A stretch of 64,000 nt of DNA from Octopus vulgaris. Lineage: Eukaryota. Location: positions 45,198,001 to 45,262,000 of the forward strand of contig OX597830.1 of the NCBI GenBank assembly GCA_951406725.2, read 5' to 3'. The notes under the pieces were generated by a model that saw only the letters and a program-made list of their open reading frames with translations, ran no database searches and was not told where the DNA came from. The translations under genes and the position numbers were made by a program. This document shows positions 30,015-42,798 of the stretch, piece after piece (the first letter of the stretch is position 1; every line of letters begins with the position of its first letter).

Positions 30015-32576
30015 TGTGTGCGTGCTTTGCTTATATCTGTGCGAATGCATTTGTATTTTTGTTGTTACTGTTTATCCCTAGGTTAGCTCTGATTAGGCAG
30101 AACTAGGATCAAAGAGCCGTGATTAATTTGTTTTTCTTGTTTGGTTTTCAGTGTCTCTTGATGTCAGTTATTCAGTGATTTGTTTTTTGTATTCTTAAAG
30201 ACAGGGATGTGATTTCAGAGAGACATGGTTGTTATTTCATGCAAGTCAAATGCTTCTGACGAGGCTCAGCTCCTTGTTGGCCATTGTAGATGTGTGTGTA
30301 TATTTGTGTGCTGTTCAGATAATGTAGACTACACATGTAACAATGATGAAAGAAGTGTCTATAGAAAGTCGTGACTACGGACGCCATACCCACTTTAATT
30401 TACACCTTCGTAAGATGATGTCCTATTTCTCAAATGGAAAAACGTCTTGGAATAAATAATTTTTTTTCTGTAACTACCAAAGAATTAAACCCTACACTCT
30501 AGATTTCACAGTTGCAGAATAGGGACAAGGGAAAAGAAGCCTGAATGTCCAGCAGAAATACGGAATTCGTTATAAAAAGTTTTCATTTGTTTAATTTTTT
30601 AAAATATGATTTTGTCAGACGAGCTGCGCTCAAAACCTTTTTCAGATCTTCGGTAGTCTTAGGAGGGGATTTCCCTCTGACTGTATAAATGGCCAGAATA
30701 CTTGCAACATTATAAACCCCACTATAGACATCTAATGGATTCTCTGTCGATCTAAAGATGAGTATTCAGTTGTTCGACAAACTGAATTCCTATTCGTAAA
30801 GTTAATGAGTAGGTAGCTGCATATTCCACAGACTTGTGTATCCTTAACACAACTCTCAGGCCAAAGAATTGTGGTACAATGTGACAAGACTGGCCTTCTA
30901 AATTACAACCCATACAGTGAGAGGGAGGAGGAATCTACCCTAGTATTGGACTGGTACTTGGTACTTTATCGACTCCGAAAAGATTAAAGAGAACGTTGAC
31001 CTTGGCCTGATTTGAACTGAAAGTGCAGGGAGTCGTAACAAATACTATAAGGTTTGGTATCCGACACTTGCACGATTCTCTCAATTAGGTCAAATGATAA
31101 CCAACGAGTGTTAAACAGTGCATTGAATTCAGTCTGATTTTTTGCCAAGAAAAACAAATGATAAAATATTGAAAGCAATAACAAAATATAACAAGACAAC
31201 AGTTATAGTAACAATTAACTTCAGTCGTATAATATCAAATATTGCAATATAGAAAATTAATGATAATTTCTTACGTAGATTCAAGATGAGATTTTGATGG
31301 CGGCGATTTGAACTCAAAACGTAACGAGACATAATTGAATCTTGTAATGCTTTTTTGTCCGACATAATACCGACTGTGCCATTTACTAGCCTCGATTTAA
31401 TAATAATAATAATGATTTCTAAGAGGGACAAAAGGCAACGCAAAGAGAATTAAAGTCAATTTAATCGAGCGAGCACGGTGCTTCCCCAACATCAGAACAA
31501 CGTAAGGTAAAGTTGTCCTGGCAGGTTTTGAACTTAAAACGTTTTTTGTTCGTCGCTCTACCAGTTGTTATTCATCGCCCTCCTGCCATGCATCAACCAT
31601 AATAATAATGATAACAATGATGATAATAATGATGATGATTATGATAATAATATGACAAAGAACGTAGCAACGGGCGAAATACTGCTAAGCATTTCGTCCG
31701 GCGTGCTAACGACTCTGCCAGCTCCACCATCCACCCCCGCCTTCTAATAATGAGTAATAGTAAAATGATTACACAGTTTCAATAAATATTAACAGGAATT
31801 GTCCTCATTATTGTTTTAAAAGAAATGATAATTACAGGGTATATAAACATAATACATACACACACACAAACATATATATATATATACATATATATACCAA
31901 TGTAAATATATATGAAGTGTGTGTGTGTGTGTGTGTGAAAAACAAGAATATAAAGGATGCTAAATAATGTTAAATGAGTAAAAGTGTAAAATAAGTTAAA
32001 TTGATGTTGCTGTGTTGTGTTCCATGGATAGAAATCCATGATTTTTCAACAATTTTACTACAGTGATTTAATGGAGTGAACAGTGAAAGCAAGTTTGGTT
32101 GTAGTAAACAACAATAACAGCAGCAGCAGCAAGTATAATGTTAAATAATTTATAAAATTGGTTTCGTAGTTTTCAAAAGTATTCGACGATACTGTCAAAA
32201 TGAATTTTTTTCTTTAAATGAGAAACTTTGGAAATGTGCTTGACAATGATTTTCTATACAGTTTTCGTGCATCCATTCAAAAGTGTGTTTTCTTTTGAAT
32301 TAATTGAAATATCATGTCTGATGATGACATTTTCGATTAAAAATTGATTACTAATTATTTTCACAACACTCAGATTACATATGATATTCTTTACCATTTC
32401 CATAAGAAATTTGAAAAAAATTCCCGAAGTTGCTGGGTAATATTGTCGTACAAAATTTTGATTATAAACAGGTACACATCACATTATTACCACCAGCAAT
32501 ATCCTCAAATATCAGCGACAAGATAGCTGTACACGAATATATTCTGTTTTATGGAACGAGCGATCAAGGTTCATTT

Positions 32577-32821
32577 CTATTGATAAAACAGTTTGACAGA
32601 TCCAGCTTGATCGGCGTCACCGAAATTACAATACATTTTACTTGCTGTATAGGGTGTATAAGTACTGGCATCCATCGTAGTGGCTTTAACAAACACCTGA
32701 CCGTCATTATTGAAGATAAAAGTAACAAAATTCAACACATATCTTGGATAGTTTCTGAAATATGTCAAACGTCGACTCATGGATACTTCTATCATTTTTT
32801 CAGATTCCATAACATCGTAAT
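32577..32821 (-). CDS. Tandem VirK-like domain protein, terminal coding exon (phase 1 in, TAG stop)
   Basis: Acceptor tttttctttttgtatcgttacAG, 245 nt. Translates (D)YDVMESEKMIEVSMSRRLTYFRNYPRYVLNFVTFIFNNDGQVFVKATTMDASTYTPYTASKMYCNFGDADQAGSVKLFYQ*. Confidence 0.85.
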
Positions 32822-34254
32822 CTGTAACGATACAAAAAGAAAAACAAGATGTATGTTAGAAAAGCTACCCTAAATATTTTCAGATCAAATTTTAATTGTT
32901 CTGAGACTGCATCTTAAAATCTGAGCACAATTTCATCAAAGTCTACAACAATGTTCAGATAATTCCATTGGTATCAAAGTACAAGCGTTAACTTGTTTTG
33001 TTCATTCGTTTCGCCTTTGTTTGCAAGTGTGTGTGTATGTGTTATTAATTTTCTATATTACAATAGTTGTGTGTATGTGTGTGTGCGTGCGTGTACGCCC
33101 GTGGGAATTTATTCTATATTTTGTTACCACAAAGTAATCGTAACTAAAACTCAGTTGTGGAACTGTATTTTATCTATTTTGTTTAGTAATGAAGACTATA
33201 AAACATCAAGCTACAGACATTTAGTCTAGGACCTTTGCAGTCTAACCCCAAACTTTATTTGGATTAAGGAGATAATTTTAAATTACAAAGCCAGCAAGGA
33301 ACAGATTAATATTAATAAAAGAGAGAGATACAAGTATTTTGCCACTGCTTTATCAGATAGACACGCAGCATTATAGTTAAATCTCATATATCTGTTAGGG
33401 TAGATAAAGATGCTGATATCTCAAGATTGAAAGAGCGTCATGCTGTATATAAAGCAGCATTTAGTTAGATGCCATTGTATTCTGAGTTCAAATCAAGGTC
33501 TGCAGATGCCTGTCATACAAGAGCTGTAGGAACAGCGATTAATACACGGGGTTGAGAGACAGCGAATATGAGCCGGGCTATATATGAATTCTTGAGGCTA
33601 TAATCGGGCCTACGTGAAAGGAGTGATGGGATTTTAGAATGGATTTTGCTCCTTCATTATTTTTCTAATTTAGGCACAAGGCCAGCATTTTAAGAGGAAG
33701 GGTGAGTTGTTGATAGCATCGATCCCAGTACTTGAATAGTATTTTATTTTTTATTGACCTCAAAAAGAAGAAACGCAAAGTTGATCTCGGCGCCATTTAA
33801 GCACAGATAAAAAATCGCAACAAATATTGCAAGCCATTTATTCCAACTCTCTAACAATTCTGCCAACTCGCTCCATTATAATAAAAGTTTGGATACATGT
33901 TCTAAGTCAGAAATCAATATTTTACTAAAATCAACGTCGTAATTTCTTCATTATATCGACTAAAATCAACTTTGTTCCAAATATAAACAAAATCAATATT
34001 TCTTTGATATCTGGGCGAAGCTGGTTGTGTAAGTAAAATGTACGCTTCACAAACAGATGGTTCAGAGTTTGATTGTAGTGGGTGCCTCTTTCAACAAGTG
34101 TTCCTCATCATTGCCTTGGATTAACCAAAGTCTTATCAATGAAATTGACTTGACAGAAACTGTACGAAGCCCGTCGAAAGGAGTGTCACTCCTCACAGAG
34201 GACTTGACTCACCGTCAATTTAACAGCTCCACTTGGTCTCTTGTGTATCTTTAA

Positions 34255-34430
34255 CCCCTTACCCAACAATTATTTTGAAAATAAATGTATTTTTACAGAC
34301 ATATTTTTTAATTGTTTTATTTTTTAATTGTCGATTTTGGCGAGTCTATCTTTTGACGAGTTAACTCGCCAGGGATAGAAAAAAACGATTTAGGTCAAAA
34401 CGCATATATTCGTTTCTGCCGGGTAAGGGG
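34255..34430. mobile_element. piggyBac-like MITE
   Basis: TTAA-ccccttaccc ... gggtaagggg-TTAA (terminal inverted repeats plus TTAA duplication). Confidence 0.75.
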
Positions 34431-34835
34431 TTAAGAGAGTCTATTTTGTTGAAAGTATAAGAACCAAGCCATCGATCTAAGGATAACTCATGAGAGATTA
34501 TTTATTCCATTTCACCACCTATTTAGGAAGCTCTGAAAATGCCATGGAGCATCACGGTATTCCAGCTGACTCTCTTCTAAAACTTTGCTGCACTGTGAAG
34601 CACAGCAACGCTTATCTAGAAGCACATCAGAGGTTTGCAAATATAATCTACTCGATAGTAAATTATATTTTAAGGTTTGATCATCGTGAAAAAACATGTT
34701 TATACCTTGTTGTCGATAAGTATTATTAATAAAACAAGGTAAATAAACTGTAAAGCATTTCTTTAAAACTTCTCATTGAGAAACATCATAAAGCCTATAT
34801 CTCAGCTTGTATGAAGAGAATCACTCTCTTACACG

Positions 34836-34883
<48 letters not shown>

Positions 34884-34886
<3 letters not shown>

Positions 34887-34979
34887 AGAATGAGATAAAA
34901 TCCAAGGGTGTGAAAGAATTCAGAATGTTCTGAAATGTTCTGAAATCTTTCACAGCCTTCGATTTTATCTCATTCTGTT
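34884..34979. repeat. About 96-bp near-perfect hairpin
   Basis: aacagaatgagataaaatccaagggtgtgaaagaattcagaa ... ttctgaaatctttcacagccttcgattttatctcattctgtt. Confidence 0.85.
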
Positions 34980-35185
34980 AATTTTATATATATATATGCA
35001 TGCTAATATATGACCTACGTTGGACACCTCATTTGCATAATCACCGAACCTGGAGCTTAACTGTCGTCTGTCCATAGTACTTGTAACTCAAGGGTACCAA
35101 CGAATTTGAATCAAACTGTTTTGATCCATACAGGTAATTCCCAATAAATGGATTGCCTGCCCTTCTTTTGTTTGTTCACTTACTC

Positions 35186-35220
<35 letters not shown>

Positions 35221-35271
35221 CACACACACACATATATATATATATATACATATACACATATATTATGTATT

Positions 35272-35516
35272 TATTGCTATATTTCGGAATGGTCATATTG
35301 CCAGTTTAGCCAATAAAAACACACGCACTAAATAAGTGAGAAGAAAACAAAGGACCACTGATGCGGTCACAGGAGTGTGACGAAAGAACTCTGGCCGAAA
35401 TAAGATTAAGATTAATGTAAAAAATAAATATCACTGAAGCAAAATAACATCAAATATATAGTCGTGTGTTTTTATTGGCTAAACTGGCAATATGACCATT
35501 CCGAAATATAACAATA
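35272..35516. mobile_element. MITE-like element with about 55-bp terminal inverted repeats
   Basis: tattgctatatttcggaatggtcatattgccagtttagccaataaaaacacacg / cgtgtgtttttattggctaaactggcaatatgaccattccgaaatataacaata. Confidence 0.75.
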
Positions 35517-36055
35517 TCTGTTTCAACACACGACTTCACATAAAAAATCTTGCACAACAAATATTTAAACGTATATTATGTATATTATGTATGTGTGTAT
35601 GTATGTATACACACAAACACACACATTGGAGTGTTATTGAGAATTTTCTTTCGTGACCATGTCTTTCGTTCAGTGTCAGCGTTATCAGCGTGATACTATG
35701 AGCAAGTATTCTCTATTACTGCTTCGAGTCAACCAATACCTTATGAGGGAAATCGGTCGACTGAAATTGTATAGAAGTCTGTGATATATATATGGGTAAT
35801 GTGTGTGTGAGTGTGGGTGTGTGAAGCCACGTGATCTAAATATTAGCATAGCTTTCACTGTCTGCGTCTCTCTCTCTCTCTCTCCCTCTCCCTCTTTCTC
35901 TCTTTCTAGCTGTTACATTCTCCATGTCCGGATCAGGACTATCGAGATTTTGTCTGCTCCTGACTATGTAGACACCCAACACAACGAGCAAAAACGCGGT
36001 ACAAGCTACGATTTATACTCGGTTGCGAGTGTGGTTAAGCTTCTAGAAAACTCCA

Positions 36056-36122
<67 letters not shown>

Positions 36123-36134
36123 TGCGTGCGTAGT

Positions 36135-36517
36135 GGAGGCGCAATGGCCCAGTGGTTAGGGCAGCGGACTCGCGGTCATAGGATCGCGGTTTCGATTCCC
36201 AGACCGGGCGTTGTGAGTGTTTATTAAGCGAAAACACCTAAAGCTCCACGAGGCTCCGGCAGTGGGTGGTGGTGATCCCTGCTGTACTCTTTCGCCACAA
36301 CTTTCTCTCACTCTTACTTCCTGTTTCTGTTGTACCTGTATTTCAAGGTGCCGGCCTTGTCACTCTCTGTGTCACGCTGAATATCCCCGAGAACTACGTT
36401 AAGGGTACACGTGTCTGTGGAGTGCTCAGCCACTTACACGTTAATTTCACGAGCAGGCTGTTCCGTTGATTCGGATCAACCGGAACCCTCATCGTCGTAA
36501 CCGACGGAGTGCTTCCA
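36135..36517 (+). mobile_element. tRNA-derived SINE (family B), apparently full length
   Basis: Head ggaggcgcaatggcccagtggttagggcagcggactc...ggtttcgattcccagaccgg with A box and B box. Inserted in (TG)n/(CGTG)n. Confidence 0.88.
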
Positions 36518-36542
36518 CGTGCGTGCGTGTGTGTATAAGTTA

Positions 36543-37029
36543 TAAATGACAGAAATATGATGAAAATTTATTTAACGATATGAAAATTTAATAATCCCGA
36601 CAAATTGTTTCCTAACTTCAACCATGTAAAGATCATTTATATTATTATAATTAACAATAAATAAATTACATGTCTGCATTAATGCAAAATTTCTTTTAAA
36701 GCAATGCAGAAATAAAGTTATGTTCTCAGCCTTTGTTGAATACTAAATTCACGACATAACTTTTCAAAAACGCAAACTCAATGATTAAAAGTTTAAGGAA
36801 GACAATAATAATAAAATTACTATAAAATAATAAGACGATTGTCTAATAAACGGAACTAGTAGATATCATTAGAGTAATAAAAGAAAAGAGATATATTTAT
36901 TACTAAAAATCTAGAAAATAAAAGATCGTGGAAATAGAGAAAAAATCTTTATATGATTCCATAAACAATAATTTGTGGTGATATTTGAATTTCATATTGT
37001 TAAATTTTCATCATATTTCTGTCATTTAC
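36543..37029. mobile_element. AT-rich MITE-like element with imperfect terminal inverted repeats
   Basis: taaatgacagaaatatgatgaaaattta...atatgaaa / tttcatattgttaaattttcatcatatttctgtcattta. Confidence 0.55.
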
Positions 37030-37159
37030 AATTTTATGCACTCCTTATCGTTTTCTCTTGTGTTGTAATATATATTGTAGATGTTTTGTAGAATGATAGA
37101 TTAATGAACTTTTTTCAGGAGTACTACTGGATTACTGGTATCCATATATTATGACATAT

Positions 37160-37332
37160 ATCACTACACTCTCGGAGTGGTTGGCGTTAGGAAGGGCATC
37201 CAGCTGTAGAAACACTGCCAGATCTGACTGGCCTGGTGCAGCCTTCGGGCTTCCCAGACTCCAGTTGAACCGTCCAACCCATGCTAGCATGGAAAGCGGA
37301 CGTTAAACGACGATGATGATGATGATGATGAT
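37160..37332 (+). mobile_element. 3' tail of a SINE/RTE-related retroposon ending in (GAT)n
   Basis: gagtggttggcgttaggaagggcatccagctgtagaaac...ccaacccatgctagcatggaaagcggacgttaaacga(tga)n. Confidence 0.65.
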
Positions 37333-37359
37333 ATGTGTGTGTGTGTGTGTGTGAGAGAG

Positions 37360-37930
37360 GGTCCGTAGCTTAGTGGTTAGGGTGTTGCTCTCACGATCGT
37401 GATTTCAATTCCTAGGCCGGATGCTGCGTTGAGTTCTTGAGCAAGCCCTTCATCTCACGCTGTTCTGCAATCATTTCGACACCTGACAAATGGCGCACCG
37501 TACACCTTTTCAGACAACGTCGATTTTATGGAGAGAACGAGATAATTTGCAACATGATCCCTATAAACAAATATGTGTGTATAATTGTATGTACGTACGT
37601 ATGTATGAACGTGTGTGTGTAGGCACATGGTGCAGTGGTTAGAGCGTCTGGCTCACAATCATGGGGTAGTGAATTCAATTCCTGGACCGGGCTGTATGTT
37701 GTGTTCTTGAGCAAGACACTTTATTGCACGTTGCTCCCATTCACTCAGCTGTAGAAATGAGTTGCGACGTTACTGGTGCCAAACTGTATCGGCCTTTGCC
37801 TTTCCCAACATCTGTGGTGTGGAGAGGGGAGGCTATTATGCATGGGTGACTGCTGGTCTTCCATAAACACCCTGTCCGGACTTGTGCCTTGGAAGCTAAC
37901 TTTCTTGTGCAATCCCATAATCCTTCATAA
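37360..37930 (+). mobile_element. Two adjacent degenerate tRNA-derived SINEs
   Basis: Heads tagcttagtggttagggtg...tttcaattcctaggccgg (37366) and ggcacatggtgcagtggttagagcg...ttcaattcctggaccgg (37622), each followed by ttcttgagcaag. Confidence 0.7.
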
Positions 37931-37963
37931 CAAGAGGTGGTACATATACATACATACATTATA

Positions 37964-37999
<36 letters not shown>

Positions 38000-38013
38000 T
38001 GTATGTATGTATG

Positions 38014-38044
<31 letters not shown>

Positions 38045-38548
38045 GTATGTATTTATATTCCATATTTTCTACTAATCAATCTAATTTCCTTTTGGACGTA
38101 CACCTTTTTATATGCATTAGTCACGACATTCTCACTGGCAATGCACTTCATATTCAACGCTCCGATGAAGCTGTGGGATGTCATTCATACACTCAACTAC
38201 GAATCCACTGCATCTTATAGAAGAAACAGCTGTAAGCTAATGAAATTCATAACATAACCATTGGTTTTCCTGTGTTATCTTTTACACACACACACACGCA
38301 CACACACACATAGACTTTCCAAGTTCTATAAATTCGAAATAATCTACAACGGAATAGTCTCCTCAACATATACATTAGTAACATTCATGTAAGAGGCATC
38401 AAGTTATCGTATTTACATTACACATATGTATCATATATATTTTACATATTAAAGGAATTCATATTACATGCTTTCTTTCGAAAATTGGCTTTAGATAGTA
38501 AGAATGGTGTCAAATGTTTTAGAGAATCGTAAGTATCAAATATTTTAC

Positions 38549-38718
38549 CTGTGATTTCACCGCCAGAGATAGCTTTTGTTCGGGCTCCAGCGCAGGTTGT
38601 ATAATCAACAGACATACGTACAAGACGACCTTTCCTCAACAGTGATAGCAGCGACGTAAACCTTTTGATTGGTATGACATCTTTGTGAGGTTCGGTGATG
38701 AATTTTAAATTGCCATCC
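38549..38718 (-). CDS. Tandem VirK-like domain protein, internal exon (phase 2 in, phase 1 out)
   Basis: Acceptor ttaactctacAG, donor G|GTAAAA, 170 nt. Translates (R)DGNLKFITEPHKDVIPIKRFTSLLSLLRKGRLVRMSVDYTTCAGARTKAISGGEIT(D), covering the end of repeat 1 and the start of repeat 2. Confidence 0.85.
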
Positions 38719-39734
38719 CTGTAGAGTTAATTGCAAGATTTAGTAAAAGAACATTTATATATATACATATAGCAAAATAATTGAGATTCGGATGAATTAG
38801 GTACTTAAGTTGAAGCATCCAAATTTAATGCAGTATTATCCGTACAACTTCAAAAAAAGGTGAATAAATCAAAATAAGCAACAGGATATCCAGAAGTGAT
38901 GCAGTGTCAATCCAGGAAAAGTATATCTAATAGCTAATTCCTTCAGCTGCCCACCTGTTCGAAGTCTTCGATGTAGGAGTGCAGCAATATCGATATGTTT
39001 TTCTTTCTGAACATGAGCAACAAGTACTGTTCTTCGTTCCGATTGTTTCTTATGACCTTCTGTTGTACATACAATATATTTATTTTAAAAAATTTTCCTT
39101 TCGTTTTCTCCATTTTTCGACTGCATGAATTTACATCCAGTCACCGTAGAAAGGGCATCTTTTCTAACACCCTCCCATACATGAGAAAGCTATCTCATCC
39201 TGAGAAGACTGCTTTGTTGTTGAGACGCGGACACTAAATATGAAACTGCTTATAGAGCGACCATCTGCTTCTTACTACCGTATGTACAAAAGCTCCTGCT
39301 AGAGATCTCTAATACTATCACTTTATCGCCATAGGATTTTCCTTTTGACTTTCTGTTACTCAACGACCTGCGCCATGAAGTTGATTGTAGTGGGTTTTGC
39401 ATATGCTTCATGTAACATACCCTCTCTCTCTGCCTAGAGAGCGTGGCTTGTAATGGTGCATGGCGTGCCACATGTCAGATGCTAACCAGGCCGCAAATCA
39501 AATTAAGGTGTCTGGATTTACTTACCACATTCCTAAAAATTTTACAGAGTTAAAAAATAAAAGCAGTACTACACAGGTAAACTGCTCCTCAATTTGCTTT
39601 TTGACGATTGATGGCTCCAGGGAGCTCAAGATGTCTTTTGCTTTGGCGTAGTTCCTATTGGAATACACCCAGTGCCATACATATAATCATATGTACAAAA
39701 TTATTGTCAGATCGCCCTTTAGCGGTACTAGTAA

Positions 39735-39782
<48 letters not shown>

Positions 39783-40215
39783 GCGCAGGAGTGGCTGTGT
39801 GGTAAGTAGCATAGGCGCAGGAGTGGCTGTGTGGTAAGTAGCTTGCTTACCAACCACATGGTTCCGAGTTCATTCCCACTGCGTGGCAACTTGGGCAAGT
39901 GTCTTCTACTATAGCCTCGGGCCAACCAAAGCCTTGTGAGTGGATTTGGTAGACGGAAACTGAAAGATGTCTGCCGTATATATGTATTTATATATATGTG
40001 TGTGTGTATGTTTGTGTGACTGTGTCCCCCCAACATCACTTGACAATCGATGATGGTGTGTTTACGTCCTCGTAAATTAGCGGTTCGGTAAAAAGAGACC
40101 GATAGAATAAGTACTAGGCTTCTAAAGAATAAGTCCTGGGGTCTATTTGCTCGACTAAAGGCGGTGCTCCAGCATGGCCACAGTCAAATGACTGAAAAGA
40201 GTAAAAGAGTAAGAG
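39783..40215 (+). mobile_element. tRNA-derived SINE (family A) with duplicated 5' head
   Basis: gcgcaggagtggctgtgtggtaagtagc occurs twice in tandem (39783, 39815), followed by the full body and a gagtaaaagagtaagag tail. Confidence 0.88.
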
Positions 40216-40319
40216 TATATATAGAGTATATATAGTCGATATATATAATCTGTCGGTAGTTCATATATCCGAAAAGACGCACACTCCAAAACATTAGAAG
40301 GTTGTTTATTATTGACGGT

Positions 40320-42170
40320 CAGAGAGTGACCATTAGTTTCACATTTATAAGGCTCTTAGCTGTACGGGCGACGCGTTAGACTCGTTGACCGGAGGTGCAT
40401 AGCCTCTCAACAACTGGAGGAAGAAAAACGAAATGATCAGTTAAAGTTGTAAACAAAAAATTCAAAACGAAATTCTACTGGAAATATTAGGGTGTCAAGA
40501 AAGTTCTTGCGGTTTTTAACCTTTAAATTCAAATACACATATCTCGGCTCAAACAAAACTTTATTAACCGAAATGAACACCATCAGAATCAACACACTTT
40601 TGCCAACGTAAAACAAGCTTATCTATGCCAGTAGCGTTAAAATCCTGCGTTCTGGTGGCGATGAAGTCGTTGAAGGTGTGTTTGGCATCGTCTTAGTTTC
40701 TGAAGCATTTCTCACACAGGAAGTTGTGGAGATGCTTGAAAAAGTTCTAGTCAGTAGGTGAAAGGACTGGTGAGTATGGCGGATGAGGCAGAGTTCCGTA
40801 GCTCAATTCGTTCAGTTTCTGCAGGGTCAGTTGTGCGACGTGCGGTCGAGCGTTGTCGTGGAGAATTGGTCCTTTTCTATTGACCGATGCTGGCTGTTGT
40901 TGTCGGAGTTTCTTATGCATTTCATCCATTTGCTGACAGTAGTTCTCCGCCGTAATGGTTTCGCCTGGATCCAAAAAGCTGTGATGGATGAGACCGGCCG
41001 CAGACCACCATACAGTCACTATGACCTTCTTTTGATGCAACTTTGGCTTCGGAAAGTGCCGTGGAGCTTCGTCGGCGTCCAACTACTGAGCTGAGCGTCG
41101 GCGGTTGTCGTAAAGAATCCATTTTTCATCACAAATCACAATCCGGTTGAGAAACGGGTCGTTCGTATTGCATAAAAGAAGGGAAGACGACATTTCAAAA
41201 CGGCGATTTTTTTGTTGTTATTCAATTCGTGCGGCACCCATTTCTCAAATATTTGTGTTTTTCCAATCTCTTTCAAGTGGTTGGAAATTGTCATAAACGT
41301 TATGTCTAATTCAGAAGCAAGCTCTCGAACAGTTGTGCGTGGATTGGCTCCCACTAAGGCTCTTAGTTGATCGTTGTCAACATCCGATGGCCGACCACTA
41401 CGCTTATCATCTTCAAGACTCTCGTCACCGCTATGAAATTTCTTGAACCACCATTGTACTGTACGTTCATTAGTGGTTCCTGGGCCAAACGCATCGTTGA
41501 TATCGCGAGTTGTTTCAGCAGCTTTTCGGCCTAGCTTGAACTCGAATAAGAAAATTGTGCGAATTTGCTTTTTGTCCATAAACGTTCCAGAAAAATGGCC
41601 TAATTATTCAAAAAGAAAAAGAGTAACACGATTAGATAGAGCGAAAATCGGGCTTTAAAATTATATATAAAATCAAAGTAATTTAACGAAAATTAATATG
41701 AAAACACTTAATTTAAAAACAAAATTTTAAATCCTGCAAGAACTTTCTTGACAACCTAATAAAAGAACGTAAGGTGGAGTTTTCCGTTTTAGATCGTTCC
41801 AGTTGCATTTTGAACATCAGCGTATAGTCGATTACTTTTCCTTATTCGACAAACGGTGAATTTCATGTTTTCAATACGAATTTCTACTGATGTAGGCACC
41901 GGTTAAACGTCTTTTTTAGAATTTAAGAAGGTCCCCAGATCAAGTGAGTTTTTCAGGGTTCTTGTTCTCTCAGCCAAGCAATGCTTACATCGTTTTCCCC
42001 GTTGAGGTATAACCCCGGCTTTTTCAGGAGCCTCCATTTAATTATGTGTGGTGTACCCTCCTCATTTAAATGCCATACGTAGCTAGCCAAGTACATGATG
42101 TTGTTCCTCTCTAGTATGCTAAAAGGGGACCTGTGATTTTTAAAATGATGCTTGATACTCTGTAATATGA
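40320..42170 (-). mobile_element. Penelope-like element remnant (GIY-YIG C-terminus plus 3' pseudo-LTR) interrupted by the mariner
   Basis: Minus strand 42160-41870 reads IKHHFKNHRSPF...LASYVWHLNEEGTPHIIKWRLLKK...NG-KRCKHCLAER...LNSK...RCLHQ*KFVL, matching the PLE endonuclease C-terminus. Downstream sequence on both sides of the mariner is an inverted homologue of 42515-42765. Confidence 0.75.
40487..41759 (-). mobile_element. Full-length mariner (cecropia/Hsmar1-like) with a disrupted transposase
   Basis: 1273 bp. Terminal inverted repeats ttagggtgtcaagaaagttcttgc / gcaagaactttcttgacaacctaa, TA duplication. Transposase from 41579: MDKKQIRTIFLFEFKLGRKAAET...WVPHEL...DEKW...HDNARPH...YSPVLSPTD, with a frameshift and stops. 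Confidence 0.95.
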
Positions 42171-42700
42171 TAAATGATACTCTGTAAATTCAGCATATTT
42201 TCGTTTGTGCCCTTGTGCTGGTGGTGTTACAGCTGCTATTGTTGCTGTCGTTATCGCTGCCGTTGATTTTGTTGTTGCTGCTGCTACTGCTGGTGTATTG
42301 CTGACGTTATTTCTGTTATTGTTGGACGCGATGCTGGTGCCATAGTTGCCGCCATCGTAGCCACTGTTGCTACTACTGTTGGACGCATTGTTGTTGCTGC
42401 TGTAGCTGTCGCTGTTGCCATCGTGCGCTGCTGCAATTGTTGCTGCTGTTGTTGTTACCAGACACTACCTCAGCGTCATAGATCATTCCTTCAGAGGAAA
42501 TTCTAGATGGAATCATGGAATTCCACGTCTACCAAATAGGGAAAAGCAATCGACTATACGCTGACCCGTTTTAGACGCAACTGGAACCGATCTACATTTA
42601 TTTCCAGTAGAATTTCGTTTTGGAATATTATCTTTAAGACATTAACCTACTATGACGCATTCCATCCGCCTGTTGTTCAAAATTTATGTACCTTTGGCCA

Positions 42701-42763
42701 ACGAGTCTGACGAATCATCTATACAGCTAAGAGGTTTGTAGATACGAAACCAATGTCACTCGT
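42701..42763 (+). ncRNA. Type I hammerhead ribozyme motif (Penelope pseudo-LTR associated)
   Basis: acgagt-CTGACGA-[stem II atcatctatacagctaagaggtttgtagatac]-GAAA-c caat g-TC^-actcgt. Stem I acgagt/actcgt is 6 perfect pairs; predicted GUC cleavage after 42757. Confidence 0.7.
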
Positions 42764-42798
42764 AACAAACAACGTTGTCATAATATATTTTCTACGGA

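Noticed and set aside
32430-32873. 147-aa plus-strand ORF
   Set aside because: It is the antisense shadow of the real terminal exon on the minus strand and has no recognisable motif.
36135-36210. tRNA-like sequence with A and B boxes
   Set aside because: It is a SINE head that continues into the SINE body and occurs in several copies; not a tRNA gene.
42215-42460. Ala/Val/Leu or Gln/Asn-rich coding-looking tract
   Set aside because: It is a degenerate (GCT/GTT)n trinucleotide repeat with no splice or ORF support.
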